A program made the translations under genes and the position numbers. A DNA stretch of 64,000 nt, taken from the NCBI RefSeq assembly GCF_009914755.1, contig NC_060937.1; one strand, 5' to 3'. Of this stretch, positions 32,193 through 47,648 are shown one piece after another. Position 1 is the first letter of the stretch; the number at the start of each line of letters is the position of its first letter. Origin of the DNA: the human T2T-CHM13v2.0 reference genome, Homo sapiens. The notes beneath the pieces are model-generated. The model was not told the origin of the DNA. It saw only the letters and a list, made by a program, of their open reading frames with translations, and ran no database searches.

Positions 32193-34434
32193 TGATCATA
32201 TACCATCACCAACTGCAAATTTTCTCTGAGATGCAAGGATGATTTAACATTTGTAAATCATTCAGTATGATAAACTCCTTTAACAGAACAACAGACAAAT
32301 AACAAACACATGATTATCTCAATAGATGCAGAAAAATAATTTGACAAAATTCAACATCCTTTCATGATAAAAATCATTAATAAAAAAAGCATAGAAGGAA
32401 CTCATCCAAAAACAATAAAAGGCATATATAAAATGTCCATAACTAACATCATACTTAATGGTAAAAAACTGAAAGCTTTTTCTCTGAGCTATGAAACAAG
32501 TCAAGTATGCCCACTTTTGCCATGTCTACTTAATATACTGGAAGTACTGAAATTCCAAGCCAGAGCAATTAATCAAGAAAATTAAATAAAATATATTCAA
32601 ATCAGAAAGGAAGAAATAAAATGATCTCTATTTGCAGATACCATGACCTTACATATAGAAAGCCCTAAAGACTCTTTACAAAAACTGTTAGAACTAATAA
32701 ATGAATTCAGTAAATTTGCAGGATACAAAAAAATAAACACACAAAAATCAGTTGTTTCTATACACCAACCATTAACAATCTGAAAGAAAATAATCTCATT
32801 CACAATAGCACCAAAAGAAATAAAATACTTAGGAATAAATCTAAGCAAGAGGTAAAAGACTTGTATGGAAACTACAAAACACTCATTAAAGAAATTAAAG
32901 CATACAAATAAATGAAAAGGCATCCTGCATTTATGGATTAGAAAAATCAGTATTTAAAATGTCTATATTTCCCCAAGTGATCTAAAAATTCAATGCAGTT
33001 CCTACTCAAATTTCAGAGACATTTTTTACAGAAATAGAAAAAAACAGAAAAACATTTATAAAAGGTATATGGAAAACTAAAAGGTCCTGAATAACAAAAG
33101 CAATTTTAATCAAGAAGAACAATGCTAGAAATATCACACTTTCTGCCTTCTAAATGTATTATAAAGCTACGGTAATTAAAATAGTACGGAAATAGCATAA
33201 AATAGACATATAGATCAATGGAACAAAGTACGATCTTTAACAATTTTTTGAGCAATTTCAATGTCACTTTTTCTAGAAAATATTGTCTGACATCCTACCC
33301 ACCCTAGTTCTGTACTTAAGTCTAGAACTGCCCACTTATGTGCTCACCTAAATTTCTACCTCATTACTATGACATTTCAGCATGCAAACTGTTTGTATAA
33401 TTATGTCTCTAACTGCATAGTCAATCAAGCCCAGTGCCTGATACATAGGCATATTTTCCCAAACATCAGACATTCCAGTAACATTTTATGATTTTTTATA
33501 CATCCAAGTTTACATACACTGTAATTCCCTATTATTAAAAACTTTAACTCATTACTTAAATGTTTATTTTAAAACATATTATAATTGCTAATTGTACATA
33601 CATAGTAATATAAAAAGCAAAGGGATAATCAAAAAGCAAAAACAGTAAAATATTATATATATAATTTTTACTAAAACATGAATAATAACTTGAAGCAAAG
33701 TACACATTACATACATGATAAGAATCCCTCAAGGAAAATAATAAAAGTTTATAATCAGTAGAGAATAAATGGATTTTCACACTACATGATGGTAAATCCA
33801 AACTACAAAGTAATAGTTAAGATGTTCTTTGACTCAGACGCCAGATTTTTTATTTAAATTAGCAACACGTTTGTAGCACAATTATCAATTGTGTTTTTAA
33901 TGAATTTCACTGGGTATCCAAGCGATGAGAATTTAGGTGAAAATTCTATCATCCACCTATCTGGATTAAAAGTTCATATTTATCCCAAGAAATGAGATTA
34001 AAGAAAAGAACATAGAAATGGAATATTTCTCCTTCTTTTCCTGTTATATACATTTTCTTTTCATATCACATTCTGAGGAAAGAAAACCTATAGGAGTCTG
34101 AGATTAGGGCAAATATCCTTAGGCACCTCTGAGCCACCTGTCATCTTGAGCAGCTTTGAAAGCTAAAGAACTCAGTTCTTCGCATCAATCGTGCCATCAC
34201 AGCATAGTCTCAGTACTCATTTTACAGAGCTATAATGCTAACCTATGATCAAAGAGAAAAAGATATTTCTGTGTCTGTAACCTCTTAATTGGCCTTCATC
34301 AGAATTATGCAGGCTAGATGTGAGAGGAAAGAATGCATCCTGAAGACAAAGCTATATCTTGACTGGACTTCAAAAGAAAGAAAGCATAGAATGAAAGGGA
34401 TCAAGGCTGGAAACCAATAGACCAGTTTGACAGT

Positions 34435-34640
34435 TATTAATAACAACAATAATAAAGCATCTACTTTGATCCAGACATGTTTCTAAGTAGTTTGCAGTTA
34501 ATGCTGAAAACATTCCAAATAATTGATTTTCAGTATTATTCCTACTTTGCAGATGACCAAACAATGACACTCCAAGTTACACAGTAACTACGGGGATGAA
34601 GATGCCTGCAATCTGGCAGGCAGAGCCCCTATACTTACTT
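34435..34640 (-). mobile_element. MIR remnant
   Basis: tattattcctactttgcagatgaccaaac core. Confidence 0.5.
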
Positions 34641-35709
34641 CCACCTGCTATTCTTGAGCATTCTCAGGATGGTGTCCCATACTGCGCTAGTAGCGCTAGT
34701 GAAGGACAGAAGTGTAGAACCATAAGTGATATAATAAAATAAAACAATAAGTCTTAAGCAGTATTTGTAAGTCTGAGTTTTATTCTTTCATAACATGTAT
34801 AGATTTCAACTGAAGCGAGAGATTTGATTTAGTGAAAAGCTACTGAATGAATTGGCTCTTAATCTATGGTAATTGTTTCCTTGAATCTGAATTTTTCACT
34901 AGGCAATAACTTCCTGATAAACTCAACACAATTTCCAAACTAGTAAAAATATTTCCTGACGTTCCAAGTATTCTCTATAATATTCCATGGTTAGAGAGTT
35001 TGCACCAGGCATAAAAGTATACAGCTTTACTATGATTTCTGTAATGTGGTAATGTGGTTTTACAAGGAAAATCTCTGGCTTATTGAAATTCTAATATGAC
35101 ATGTGTTCAGATTAATGCATTTCATGATCTGAAGTAAAGTACAACCTCTGAAAACCTAAAATAAAACTATCAAGTACTTTTAAAAAATAGCTAACGCCGT
35201 TCAGAAGCTAATTTAACAATTACCATTACTTTATTACATGGTTATACAGATTAAATCACTTAACCTCTTGTCATGGTTTCTAATCTCTAAAATGTGATAT
35301 TCCAGTTATACACTGACAATGTTGAAAAATTCTCATATTAAATTTAATTAGCTTTCTCTACTTCTGAAGAACCAGGAATGTGTTACTAACATGCAGAAAT
35401 CTCCAGGACATGATGAAAAAAATAAGTCATGAAGACTAAAAGCGAAAGAATGATAGGAATGTATCCCTATTTGCCTGACTTAATAGAATAATAACAAAAG
35501 TGCCTGTGTAACATGTTTTCAAAATGTGATCTTTTGAAGGAGTCAGATAATAAGAATTAGTTTTATACTGTAATAATCCGTAATCTTTTTGTTTTTTTTT
35601 TTGCTGCGTTTCCATCAGCTCTTACTAGATTATTATCTAATATTTTCTAAGAATATATTTAAGAAAAGGAGATGATTTTAAACTCTGAAGAATTTAAGGG
35701 GTGATTTCT

Positions 35710-38150
35710 GTACTAAATATATATATGTAGTTTTAATGCATGTAGTATGCCTGATAGATTACTAAGAGCTGGATAAACAGAGGTTAATGAAATAGACTTA
35801 ATTTATGATTCATGGAACTTATAGTCTAATGTGAGAAATATACACAGAAGTAAATAATTAAGCACAGGAATAAATATGTAAATGTAACAGATGGTACCAT
35901 ACTCTGATGCTATGAAAGAAACAGTGCAGAGATTTACAAATGTGGGGGGGAGGAGATTATTTAGGTAGGATGGTCAGAAAAGGATTTCTTTGGAGAAGAA
36001 ATCGAAGATGAGCATTAGAAGACAGGAGAAACCAATGATGGGACAGAAAAAGAAAAATATATTTAAAGAAGATGGCATGGAATATAAAATACTACAGGCA
36101 GAAGGGAGAATGCTATATAGAAAAACTGAGTGGCACTTAGTGTGATAAAATCTTAGTAAGGAGTATTATAGAAGACAAAGAAAGGAGGGAAGTGAAATAG
36201 GCCAGCTTAACCATGTAAGAATTTCTGTCTGCAGTAAGATAGTTTGCATTTTATTTATTACAAACTCGGAATTTTTGAAGCATCACATACCTGGATATAA
36301 TATTGTTTCATTTATTTTTTAAAAAATGGCTCCTTTTCCTTTGTGAGAACTAGCTCAGAGAAGTTAATACAGGAAGCTGAAGACATGAGGTAAAGCAATG
36401 GCCTAGTATTCGGAAGATAATAAAATAACCCATGTGATGACAAAGGAGAAAGAAAATAAAGAAATACACATAAAATTTTATGAAATAATGGACTTAGAAA
36501 TAAAAGATGAGGAAGAGATCACAAATAATAGCAACAGCTCACAACTGAGCAAGTGGCAGCATGTAATTTAAAGACATGCTGTGAAAATGAAGATGAGGTA
36601 ACTGAGAGAATAGTGAGACAGAAGAAAAGGGACAATAATAAACCATAGATAGAGAAGGAGGATGAGTGAAAGGCTTTGAGCAGGCTGTTGCTCCTGAAGT
36701 CAAGAGAAGAGGGTATCTTCAGAAATATGGATGGCCCTTCTGTAGCAGTCACATCAGAGGTTAAATAAGGTAAGTGCAGTAAGGCTCCACCACACCTGAC
36801 AACATGAAAATGATTGGCATCCATGTAAATAAGAATTACTGTGGCAGTATGGAGTAGACTGCAAACTGTCTGAACTTGAAGAATTAATGAGAAGTGAGGA
36901 ACTGGATAAGTTCTGTAGACAACTCTTTAAGAACTTTGGCTGTAAATGTTTGTTTAACTGTAAATGTTTCCAGGTTGATTACTACTTGAAAAAGAATGAG
37001 AGGTCATTGTGGTTATCTTTAAAGATTAAAGATGTTAAAGTATCTATCAGCGAGCTAGGTAGAGTGTCAAAGAGAGAAAATTACTGAGGAAAGAGTAAAA
37101 TCTTAGAAGAATGAGAGGAGAAGAGAGAAAATTCAGGTTTAATCTGAGAGTCTGGCCCTTGATAGGAGGACGAGGAGTGCCTAGGTTGTAACAGGAGGGT
37201 ACAGAATAAGATGGTTGCAGGTATGTTTGGAGATTTGGCAGTCACAATTTAAGAGACTACTTACATGATAATTTATATTTTTTTAAGAATGCAAAATGAG
37301 CAAAGGTTAATCTGCTGAACATTACCAATGAGGAAATGGTAATTTTGGAAATAGAGGAAAAAACTGAAACTGTCATTTTTGGGAGTAATAGCAAAGTAAG
37401 CATTCTAGAAATCTAGTTTGTGAATGCTGAGCTGTGTTGAGGAAACATTTTACATTCAAAATTTTTAATTTCAAATATAGTCAGCCTGTCCCATTGAATG
37501 ATATTTTTCAGCAGTGCCAATTTTTGCATTCTGGGAATGTACAGTTCAAATTAAATCAGGGTTATAGTGTTGCCAGGTGAATATGTTAGATAAAGAGTGT
37601 CACATCATTTACATATTTTAATAAAGTAATAGTAATTATGAATGATGAATAATGGATCATTAGCTGGACAAGCAAAACTAGAAAGCCTAAGAAGCCTTAA
37701 AGTGTTTAGGGAGTATTAGAATTAATGAATATTTATAAAAAAGTAAAGTAATTTTTGCAAACAGTTCCTTCATCTGGTGCACACATAGGGAGGTAAGATG
37801 TTAAGAGGTAAATGGTAGAGATTCTGGATACAACAGAGTTTCATTGAAAATAAATTTCAAAGAAATGGTCATGGAGATGGATGATTTTGAGAGAGTAAAG
37901 GGAAAGGTCATGGAAAATGAGGAAGGCAGGAAAATTACATGTCAGCGGATAATGATGATAGTCAGGGTTGGAGCATAAATATGAGTCAGAAACTGAATTT
38001 TCAATAAACTAGGGCAGTATCCAAGAGGGCAGAAATGAGAGTAGTGAATAGTAGACTTGAGTAGTTCATTGTATATTGAAACATAAAAGTAAAGGAGCAG
38101 TAATTTTGGAGAGGGAAGGAGCATGCTAATACCCTGTAGGCAATGATGGG
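35710..38150 (-). mobile_element. Long degenerate L2 LINE
   Basis: Purine-rich tract beginning with L2 3'-region motifs (catggaacttatagtctaatg, ggtcagaaaaggatttctttggagaag). Boundaries are approximate. Confidence 0.55.
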
Positions 38151-38194
38151 GAACAAAAAATATCCACCAATCACAGATCTTTTGGTCCTAATTA

Positions 38195-38500
38195 TAATAG
38201 TAGAAGTAATTACAATAATAAACATAAGTACCATTCAATGTTTTCTATGTGCAAATACACTGCTAGCCACTTTAGTGTGTTGTTTAATTTAATCAAGACA
38301 GGGTAAGTTAACTGTTATTAAAGCCACTTTAGTGTGTTGTTTAATTTAATCATCAAGACAGGGCAAGTTAAGTTGCAGATGAGCACTGAGTGAAGATTGG
38401 TGATGTCAAATAAGTAAGTTTTCCTCTTAGTTATTAACTATATAGGCGCAGCTCAAGGATTTGAACAAGAATCTCCTTGACATTTACAGCATAATTCTAC
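38195..38500 (-). mobile_element. MIR remnant with an internal duplication
   Basis: gttgcagatgagcactgag core. Duplicated segment at 38265-38371. Confidence 0.55.
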
Positions 38501-38989
38501 CACCCACAAAAGTCATGTGAACTACTGAAAAGAAAAATAATTTAATAATACTTTAATTGTAGTCCTAACTATGATTTAAACTTTACTGAGTCTGAAGTAT
38601 TAGTGATCCAGCAAACCCGTTGAGTCTTCTTACATGAGTTGATTTGTGCACATTAATTATTAGATAGCCAATTCAGGGCATTTTGAGTGAAATTTCTAGG
38701 GTTTTAAATCTTGGAAGTTTCCAGGAAGATGAAAAGATGATTATGGCATCTGTTCTTACGGACTAGTTCTAAGGTCCTTCAGATCAAGGGACTGTTGTCC
38801 CATTTCAAAGCTAAATCTTCTCTCTGGTGAAGGAGAGACTGCAGGGACACTAGTGCCATTTGTTGTACCCTAAAGATTATACAATCTGGAAAGCAGTGTA
38901 GCAGAGCATCCTGGGAATAACATTCCCACCGAGGGCCCCAGTAGGATTGAATTTGGAGCCAGCAGGCAGAATTAAGGAATGATGTACAG

Positions 38990-39210
38990 CAGAGCTTCTC
39001 ACTCTTAGCACTATTGACATTTTGCACTGGAAACACTTCATTGTGGGAGGTTTCCCTGTGTGTGACAGAATGTTTAGCAGATCTCTGAAATATATCCACT
39101 GGTGCTAGTTGAACCCTTCCTTCCTCTGGTTGTGAAAATCAAAACGTATCTAAACATTGCCATATGTCCCTGAGGGGACAAAATCACGCCCCCCCAGCCT
39201 AAAATCCCTG
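38990..39210. mobile_element. MER20 (hAT-Charlie MITE), near full length
   Basis: cagagcttctcactcttagcactattgacatttt...aacattgccatatgtccctgaggggacaaaatcac...cctg, 220 bp. Confidence 0.9.
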
Positions 39211-39629
39211 AGCTAGACCAACTATGAAGGGAATATTGGGAGGAAGCGTAAGACATACAGATGACAATGAAAACCCAGAAATACATTGACGATAATAATG
39301 GACAATAGCACTGTAGCTATTTACGAGGAAGAACAGAATCAATGAAGTTTAGTTACTTATTTTAATCATCTTATTATACTGTGATGTTTGAAATAGATAA
39401 CATTTGGGCTGCATGCTATATTCAACCTGTTAATATTTCATTTGCTATAACTATGGGAGGTAAATTCAATTCTTCAATTCAATGAACTCATTGATATCCC
39501 AGAGCCAGGCATTATAAAATGAAAGGGGCTTTCTTTCTTTATGTTATAAGAGACAACAACAACATAAATCATAAATTCATCTGTGATTTGGTTAAAAAGA
39601 GAAAAATAAAACAAGTTAAACTGAAGAGC

Positions 39630-39815
39630 CAATAGTAAAACTACGTAGTGCTTACTATATGCCAGGTATTTTTCTATGTGCTTTATGTACATGAATGCAT
39701 AAACCCTGCAACAGCCCTCTAAGGTGGGCACTGTTATTGTGCCATTTTTCAGATGAGGAACTATCAGGGAATAAGAAAGTTGTATTGGTAGGCATGACCA
39801 GGAGACACGCTGAGC
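39630..39815 (-). mobile_element. MIR
   Basis: gtgcttactatatgccagg...ccatttttcagatgaggaact. Confidence 0.75.
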
Positions 39816-42800
39816 AGTAAATAAAAAGGAAACAAAAGCTTATAACAGACATTAAGACACGATGGCAAATTGGGATGCATATGATCTTAATAAGACTTGT
39901 ATTTATGTGTTTTTCTGATGAAATGGTCCTCACAATTATTTTAATTCTTATAATTACCTTAATTTAACTTATTAGGCAATAGGTTAAAATTTATAAAATA
40001 ATGGATAGAATATTTTAGTCACAATAGCTCCTCTTGCTACAAAGTTCCATACTATGTATTCTGTACAAAATATTTTTGATTGAATTTATTGATTATTTTC
40101 CCAATAATTCCAAACACAAATTAATTGTTCCATGAAACCAAAACAAGTATGTGTTAACTTTGGTTAATATTATTTTATAAGAACAGTCTGTAATCAATAT
40201 ATTATTTTTGTCCTAGCAGATAATGACCCAATTTCTCTCGCTTTGTGAAAGCAAGTTTTACCACTCTTTATTTCAAATAGAAGCATCTGAACTATTAAAG
40301 TTAAATGAAATAAATACTAATTTTCTAAAAAAGTAAAAACTATAAATATGAATGAGACTTATTTTCATTATTTCTAGAATCCCTGTTTTACCAGTACCAA
40401 AACTAATATGAAGTGGTCCAAACAGAATTTGTCGAGCTTCCAGATTGCAAACATTTGAGAAAAAAATATATCTCATTTACTCAGCGAATAGTCTATAAAT
40501 TGGACATTCACAGAGGCACAAGATCATTAACTATCCTTTCAGAAGTCAATTTTATGCTTCCTAAATTAGATCTGGAGCTGGGCTATTTTGGGATGGCAGG
40601 CTGGGAATAATACACAGATTTTGTGAAATCAGGTTTAGCCCATTTTCAGCTAAATCACATTCAATTCAATAACAACCACTGAAAACAAAGAAAAGTCAAT
40701 AAAAATGACTTGCAAAAAACTCGTCTGTAGATATTACTATTAAGCTTTCTAACGGTTTTATACAATGAAATTACAGATAATCATAATTGATCAAACTTTG
40801 CCTCTGGAACTTTTCACACAAAAGAAAATCAATGGAATTTTGTGTGTGCATGTGTTCAATATGTTCCCAGCATTTGTTTCAATTTTTTATTCTGTATTTA
40901 GGTGTGGTTTGCCTGGGTCTTTGCAGGATTGTAAATGTATAAAGTTTGAAAGTAAAAAGCTGTGCTTTACTAAAGAGAGTTGTTTATTATTTATCATGTT
41001 TCTGTCAATCAACTATAGGCACAGCAATATGATCATTTTAATATTCAGCCTCTGCATTCTGTTAAGAAAAAACAAAAGTAGACATTGTTTTACGTTTCTA
41101 TTCCTGTCAAAAAAAATCATAAAACTGGTATTCCCCATTCAAACTGATCATTTCCTTGTTTCAAAATGATGCTGTTTTAATCCATCCTACAGTAAAATCT
41201 CTTGGTCATGATCATGGCTTTAAATTTATTTTGCAGGACATCTATAATATCCTTTATATCGTGTTCCTTCAACTGCTGATGCTTGTCACCTGACACGGTA
41301 GTGGTTGCTAAGGTAAATGCAGATTTGTATCTCCTATAGACACAATACTACTTGTATCATTAATGTTTCATAATAAAAAAAGAAAATTGTTTCATATGTT
41401 ACATTTTATCTAAATTTGTGATTTAAAATAAAAACAAAAAAATTCAATGATATCTATGCTAGCTAATAAAGATACATATAGATTTTAGATTACTGTTATA
41501 CTAAAACTTTTTTGCCGAGTATTTTAGGTTGAATTCAGTTTTGAGGAAAGAGTTATCTTGAAACATAACAGAGGACTAGGCAAAAACAATCAGCGATAAT
41601 TATAAAGGTCAGCACTAGACAAACTTGTATAAGTAGAAGGTACACTACTGTTTAAAATGATTTGAGGCTGGGGAAGCAGGAGAACCCAGAAAATGTGATG
41701 AGAAATAGTCTAATATTTAAAATGCACCATATACCAGGTATTTTGATCCCCCTAATGACCACACCCAGGAAGTCATTCATAAGACTCCAGAAGTCCTCTA
41801 TAGCTTGACGTAACATATGCCATTAATCAGGATTGGGAAGAATGAAAATAAGACAGAAGTTATAGTTTGGATAATAGAGATCTACCTAAGGGATGATTGA
41901 GGGTTTTTGTTATAACCCAAACATGCTTAATACTTAAGCATATATTTGAATTCCATCTAGGCTGTCATCCAAGAAATTAAAGAGGAGGGGAAATTGCATT
42001 TTGAGGGCACCAGGAGATTGGAAGAAATTGACTAGGACATGTACTGAGCACTAAAGGCAGACATCTAGAAACTGAAATGATAGGGCTTAAATATCCGGTA
42101 GCAGAGTTACAATCCATACTGGATACCTGTCAGGTTGCATCAGAAGTGGGAAAGGAACCAATAAAGGAATACGAGCAGAGAAGCATGAAGAGTCTGAAAA
42201 CAAGTTACTATTTTGTCACGAGGACTTGCCATTACAACTGCAAAAGTAATTATAAAATGCATGATAATAGAAATTATTGATTTTTTAACAATTACTTCAA
42301 CATTACAAAGCACTTCTATATAATATGTATTGCAGCATATCTAAATCTATCATCTGTCTATCTATCTATCTGAGAAAGAGACAGACATATAAACAGAGAG
42401 ATATACAATTACTAAGATATATTAGTATATGAGCTGCTTTTAGGGAGCTGAATAAAAACACTTGTATTTTGATATCAGATAAACATGGATCTAAATACAG
42501 TATAAAATGATAAATACTTTAATCTTTTTGAGCATATTTTTCTCATCACCATAATGATGCATTACCTTATTTGCAAATTTGTTGTGTGATGAAATACTTA
42601 AGTCTTTACTTCCAGGTTTGGATTGAAATTCTTGACCCCCCAAAAAACAACTTACAAAAAAATTACCTTTGTAAAGTAATTATGAAAAGGACTGGCTCTC
42701 AACCAATCAGTGAACCCATCTTTGTGGTTTCATATAAAAATAAATTATATAAACATGTTAAATAAGTGATGCAACCTTGAGACACAATCACAGACTTTAT

Positions 42801-45159
42801 TTTCATTCTATTTAGTTTATTAACATTTCTTAAGCCACACCTATTCAGGCAGACACTTAGTTGTTTTCACTGTCTTTACGGTGATCGCACTACTAAAATG
42901 AACTTAATGCTATTTTGTAATTGCTGGAAGAATTATTTTAATTTTTTATATGGTTTAGCTTGGAAAAAACACAGGTGGTGCAAATCATAGAATGGGTCAA
43001 TTAATAAATGAATGAGTGAATGGTATGCTTTACTTCTAAACCAGATAATAAAAATCATATGTCTACATCTGAATTAGACATGTTATCTGGTTATAATGTA
43101 AAAATTATAGTCATGATACCATCAGTGGTTTCACTCTTGGAATGTGATTTCATAATTAGAAAATATATTATTATAATGCAATTATCCTATATCTTAATGA
43201 GATTTCCTTTTACTCTTAAGTCATCATTTAAACTGTATTTACAATATTGCCTGAAAAAGTGACTGTCAACTTTTGTTAAATGTTGTTCAGTTTTAAAGAG
43301 AACTCTATCATACCTTAAGTTAAGTAAACTAGATCCATATTACCAAGACTAAAGTTTCTGTTTTATTTTATTCCCACAATAATCCTGAAAAGATTTTAAA
43401 GCACCTAATTTCCTTTTACCTATATTTACTCAGCCTTGAATTTTGAGGGTATATTCAATGAAAATAATTTAGTGCTCACCTCTCTTAAAGTTGACATAAT
43501 TCCTATTTTTCTAAGTTCAGCTTCCACTTTTAGTTTTTCTTAAGGCTGCTTAAATTTGTGAAGTTTTAACTCCTCATACATTTAGTTTGTAAGGAGTTTG
43601 AATTGAATACTCTTTTAATTATAGCTGTAAATTCTGCATATACATGTTTTGTACTCATTTTATGAAATTCCCTTGAACAATTGTTCTCTCACTGGGACAA
43701 AGGTATATCTTCTAAAGTGCTACCATTTACTTATTATTCTTTTTGATTTGTATAATCTGTATCTCTAAACAATGTCCCTATTTTATAACAACTTCAACTT
43801 CTTCCTTCATTGCTTTCAGTTGTTCTGCTCAGGACATAGAATTTAGGAACTAGTGTAGGAGATGTGTTTCTTTCTAATTGCAGGCTTGTGTTTTTAAGTT
43901 AAATGGGTGGCTTATCTTACTTCTGAAACTCAAAAATGACAGTTTTTAAAGCAAATTACTCGCTATTAGAACTAAAATACTAGTTAGTAATGAGAAAAAC
44001 AAAATGAAAAATGACCAGGAAGTATAGTGTTATACCATCATGTGTATCTTCTTATAAATTAAAGATACCCACATAGCTTAAGGAAAAATGCGTATTATGT
44101 ACAATAGATAAGAAGACAGATCAAAGAAACTATGGACCTCTCACCCTCGGAAACATGTTTACAAATGATTTTTTCTTCCAAGGTAAGCCTTGTAAATTAT
44201 AAATGGCATGGAGGATAAAAATCTCTCTTTATTGTATCATAATAATAATATTTTAACATCCTAAAGACCCTGTATGTAACAGCTGCAAAACCTCCATCTT
44301 TTCTGCATTACCAAAACTACAGAATTACTGTGGTTATCTTTTATGATTCCTTCTCTCAGCACCTTCATTCCTTTGTTCATTCTGCACATTCCTACATCTA
44401 AACAGACCCCATAAAAGTATTTGTTCATTTTAGTGCTGTAGTTGCCTAAGGCAGTGGCTGAAGATTCCAGCTGAGCTAAACAGTATATTTGTGCTTTGCT
44501 AAAAGATAATATGTTTTTGCTAGCTTTGCAGTTTTTTCCTATTATAGTACTTTTCAAGATTTTATCACCTTTACAGCCTATCTATATTTTCTCCAATGCT
44601 GTTCATGGATATTCCAAAAATGTGTACTTGGCATTCTTCTCCACAGATGTTGATGTGGACTTCATGTCCTGACCTGGGAGCCCTCTTGATATAAATGCAC
44701 CCATGATGGATGGTGACCTTCTCTGATATTTATAGTACAGCTTGGGAACCACTGGACAGGATTAGTGACCTGTGAAGGAAACCTGCTAAGCTTGCTGAGA
44801 CATTCTGTTTTAGAATTCAGTTATGTGGTTAACAGCAAATTAAATGTCCAAGTTAGAAATATATAAGTAAAACTACTTATTTATGTACATTCTACTTAAG
44901 TCTCCTTTTATTAACAAAAGTACAATACATGCTACAGTATTTATTGTTTTCTATTTTTTTCCATTATCATATACATCAGAAAGAGGCATCAGGTTGGCCA
45001 ACTTGAGATATAAGGTTCTTTCTCATACTACGTACAACATTGGTGTGAACATTAAAGATTGGTGTGATCTTTAATTTTAATTGGATTTAATTAAAACTTT
45101 TAATTTAAAGTCCCATACCTTATTCTTTGCCTCTTTCTAAAAAATCCTTAGGGAACATG

Positions 45160-47608
45160 TGATTTCCAGTCTGGCAAGTAGAGAGTTTGGAAGTTGTCAC
45201 TCCTGTCCACACACAACACACACAGAAATTGAACAAACTGAAAATCAACAACTCTTCTTAGATCTATCAGATAACTGAGGTCACAGGGCAAACCACTATC
45301 CCCTACATTGAAGAGACAGAACAATGGAAACAGAGAATTGCAGCTTACTTATGTGCAGAAGCGTAAAACTCCACGTGTACTAGTACCAGGGTAGGAAAAC
45401 GTAAATGGTAATTGAAAAATTGCTGAAGGTTTATTGCGGACAAGTTTGAAAGTTGTCCACACTCCAGAAAAATTCTGGGGGTGGGGTCATAATTAGGAGG
45501 ATGGAGGCACACACGTTCATGAGTGTTACATTCAAGAGTTCTACAGAGTTTTTACGGTGAAGATCAGAGAACAAGACCCCAGTGCTACAAGCAGGGAAAT
45601 GAGGAAAGTATAGATTACGAAATATGGCCAGAGCCATCTATTCTTCTTAACAAGGCCTACCTCAAAAGAAACTGTTTTCCTGAGCCTAACGAACTGACTA
45701 GAGTGTTATGAGAACCTAACTGACCTAGGGATAGGGAAGTACCCAACTCCAGCCCCCACTATCCTCCCTACCTCACTTATAGGGGAAGAAAACAAAACAA
45801 AGCAAAGCAAAGAAGCATCTTTGGGGGCCACAGACCAAGGACACAGGTCAGCTAAAAGACAGGGCCTAATCCTAGGACTCTACAATGCTCCTCCACTCTA
45901 CCACCTCTTGCCACCTCTTGCCACCCCTTGCCACCCCTTCCCTAAGGCTCCTGTGGAATAACAGGGGATTACAACAGAAAGAATTGCACATTTCAGATGT
46001 TAAAAAGAAATATCCAGAGAAACCCAAAGATGACAGGGGAGATAAAAAACAAAGATCCCAGAGGAAATTGTAGCCTTTGACATCTACTGTTATAACCAAT
46101 AGTAAGCACACCCTAACCCCCTAGCAAAATAGATATAAAACTTCATGTTACAGGCTCTTTACCTCTGTTACTTTACCCAGTACATCATGTCCAGTTTTCA
46201 GCAAAAAATTACAAAGCATACTAAAAGACAAAACGGCATGAAGAGACAGATCAATCTTCAGAACCAGACCACCAGATCTAGGGCAGAGATGTTGAATTAT
46301 CTCTGTTGGATTATTGCTGTTGAATTTAAAACAGTAGTTATTAATATGCTAAGAGTTTTAATGGAAGAAGTGGACAAAATGAAGGAACAGATGACTAATG
46401 GACAAAGAGATGGATACTCTAAGAAAAAATCCCCATAACAGAAACAAATAGTTTTTAATGGAGACATAATTATTGTGCATATTTATTAGGTACATGGGAT
46501 ATTTTGATACATGATATTTTGATAATGATCAAATCTGGGTAACCGGGAAATCCATCACCTTAACCACTTATCATTTCTTTGTGTTGGGAACAATCCACAG
46601 CTTCTCTTCTAGCTACTTTGAAATATACAATAAATTTTTATTAACTATAGTCACCTTACTGTGCTATCAACCGCGAGAACTTACTTCTTCTATCTAACTG
46701 TGTATTTGTACACATTAACTGATCTCTCTTCATAACATCACTTGTTCTTTCCAACCTCTAGTAACCACCATTCTACTCTCTGTCCCCATGATATCAAATT
46801 TTAGCCTCCACATATAAGTGAGAACATGCTATATTTGTCTTTCTGTACCTTGCCTATTTTGCTTAACAAAATGTTCTTCAAATCCATTCAAGTTGCTGCA
46901 AATAACATGAATTCCATTTTAATGGCTGAATACTATTCCATTGTGTATGTATACCACATTTTTAAATCCATTCATCCATTGATGGACATATAGGTTGATT
47001 CCATACTTGGCTGTTATTATTAGTGGCACAATAATCATGGGCCTACAGATATCTCCTCAACAAACACTGGAGATGCAGGTATCATTTTGATATGCCAATT
47101 TCTTTTCCATTGAATATATACCCAACAGTGGGATTGCTGTATTCTAAGGTAATTCTATTTTTAGTTGTTTGAGAAACTTCCATACATTTTTTATAGTGGC
47201 TGTACCAATTTACATTTCTACCAGCACTGTACTAGTTTTCCCCTTTCTCCACATCCTCACCAGGATTTGTTACTTTTTGTCTTTTTAATAATAGCTGTTT
47301 TATGGGGTGTGATGATATCTCATGATAGTTTTGGCTTGCATTTCCTTGATGGTTTGTTATGCTGAGCACTTTTTCATACACCTGTTGGCCATTTGCATGC
47401 CTTTGTAGAAAAAAATACCTATTCAGATGATGTGTCCATTTTTTAATCGAGTGATTTGCTTTTTAATTTCTAATTTTTTTTGCTGTTGAATATTTGAGTA
47501 CCTTATACAGCCTGGGTATTAGTAAATTGTCAGATGGACTGTTTGCAAATATATTGTTTCATGCTGTACATTCTGTAGGTTGTCTTTTCATTTCACGCAT
47601 GTGTGTGT

Positions 47609-47648
<40 letters not shown>

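Noticed and set aside
40765-41169. 134-aa ATG-initiated ORF in unique DNA
   Set aside because: Composition reflects AT-rich background, with no recognisable domain or gene structure. An ORF of this length is plausible by chance in 64 kb.
45890-45940. Short 10-bp tandem repeat (ccacctcttg) x4 as a CRISPR-like or regulatory array
   Set aside because: No spacers. It is a local minisatellite inside an old L1 5'UTR in eukaryotic DNA.
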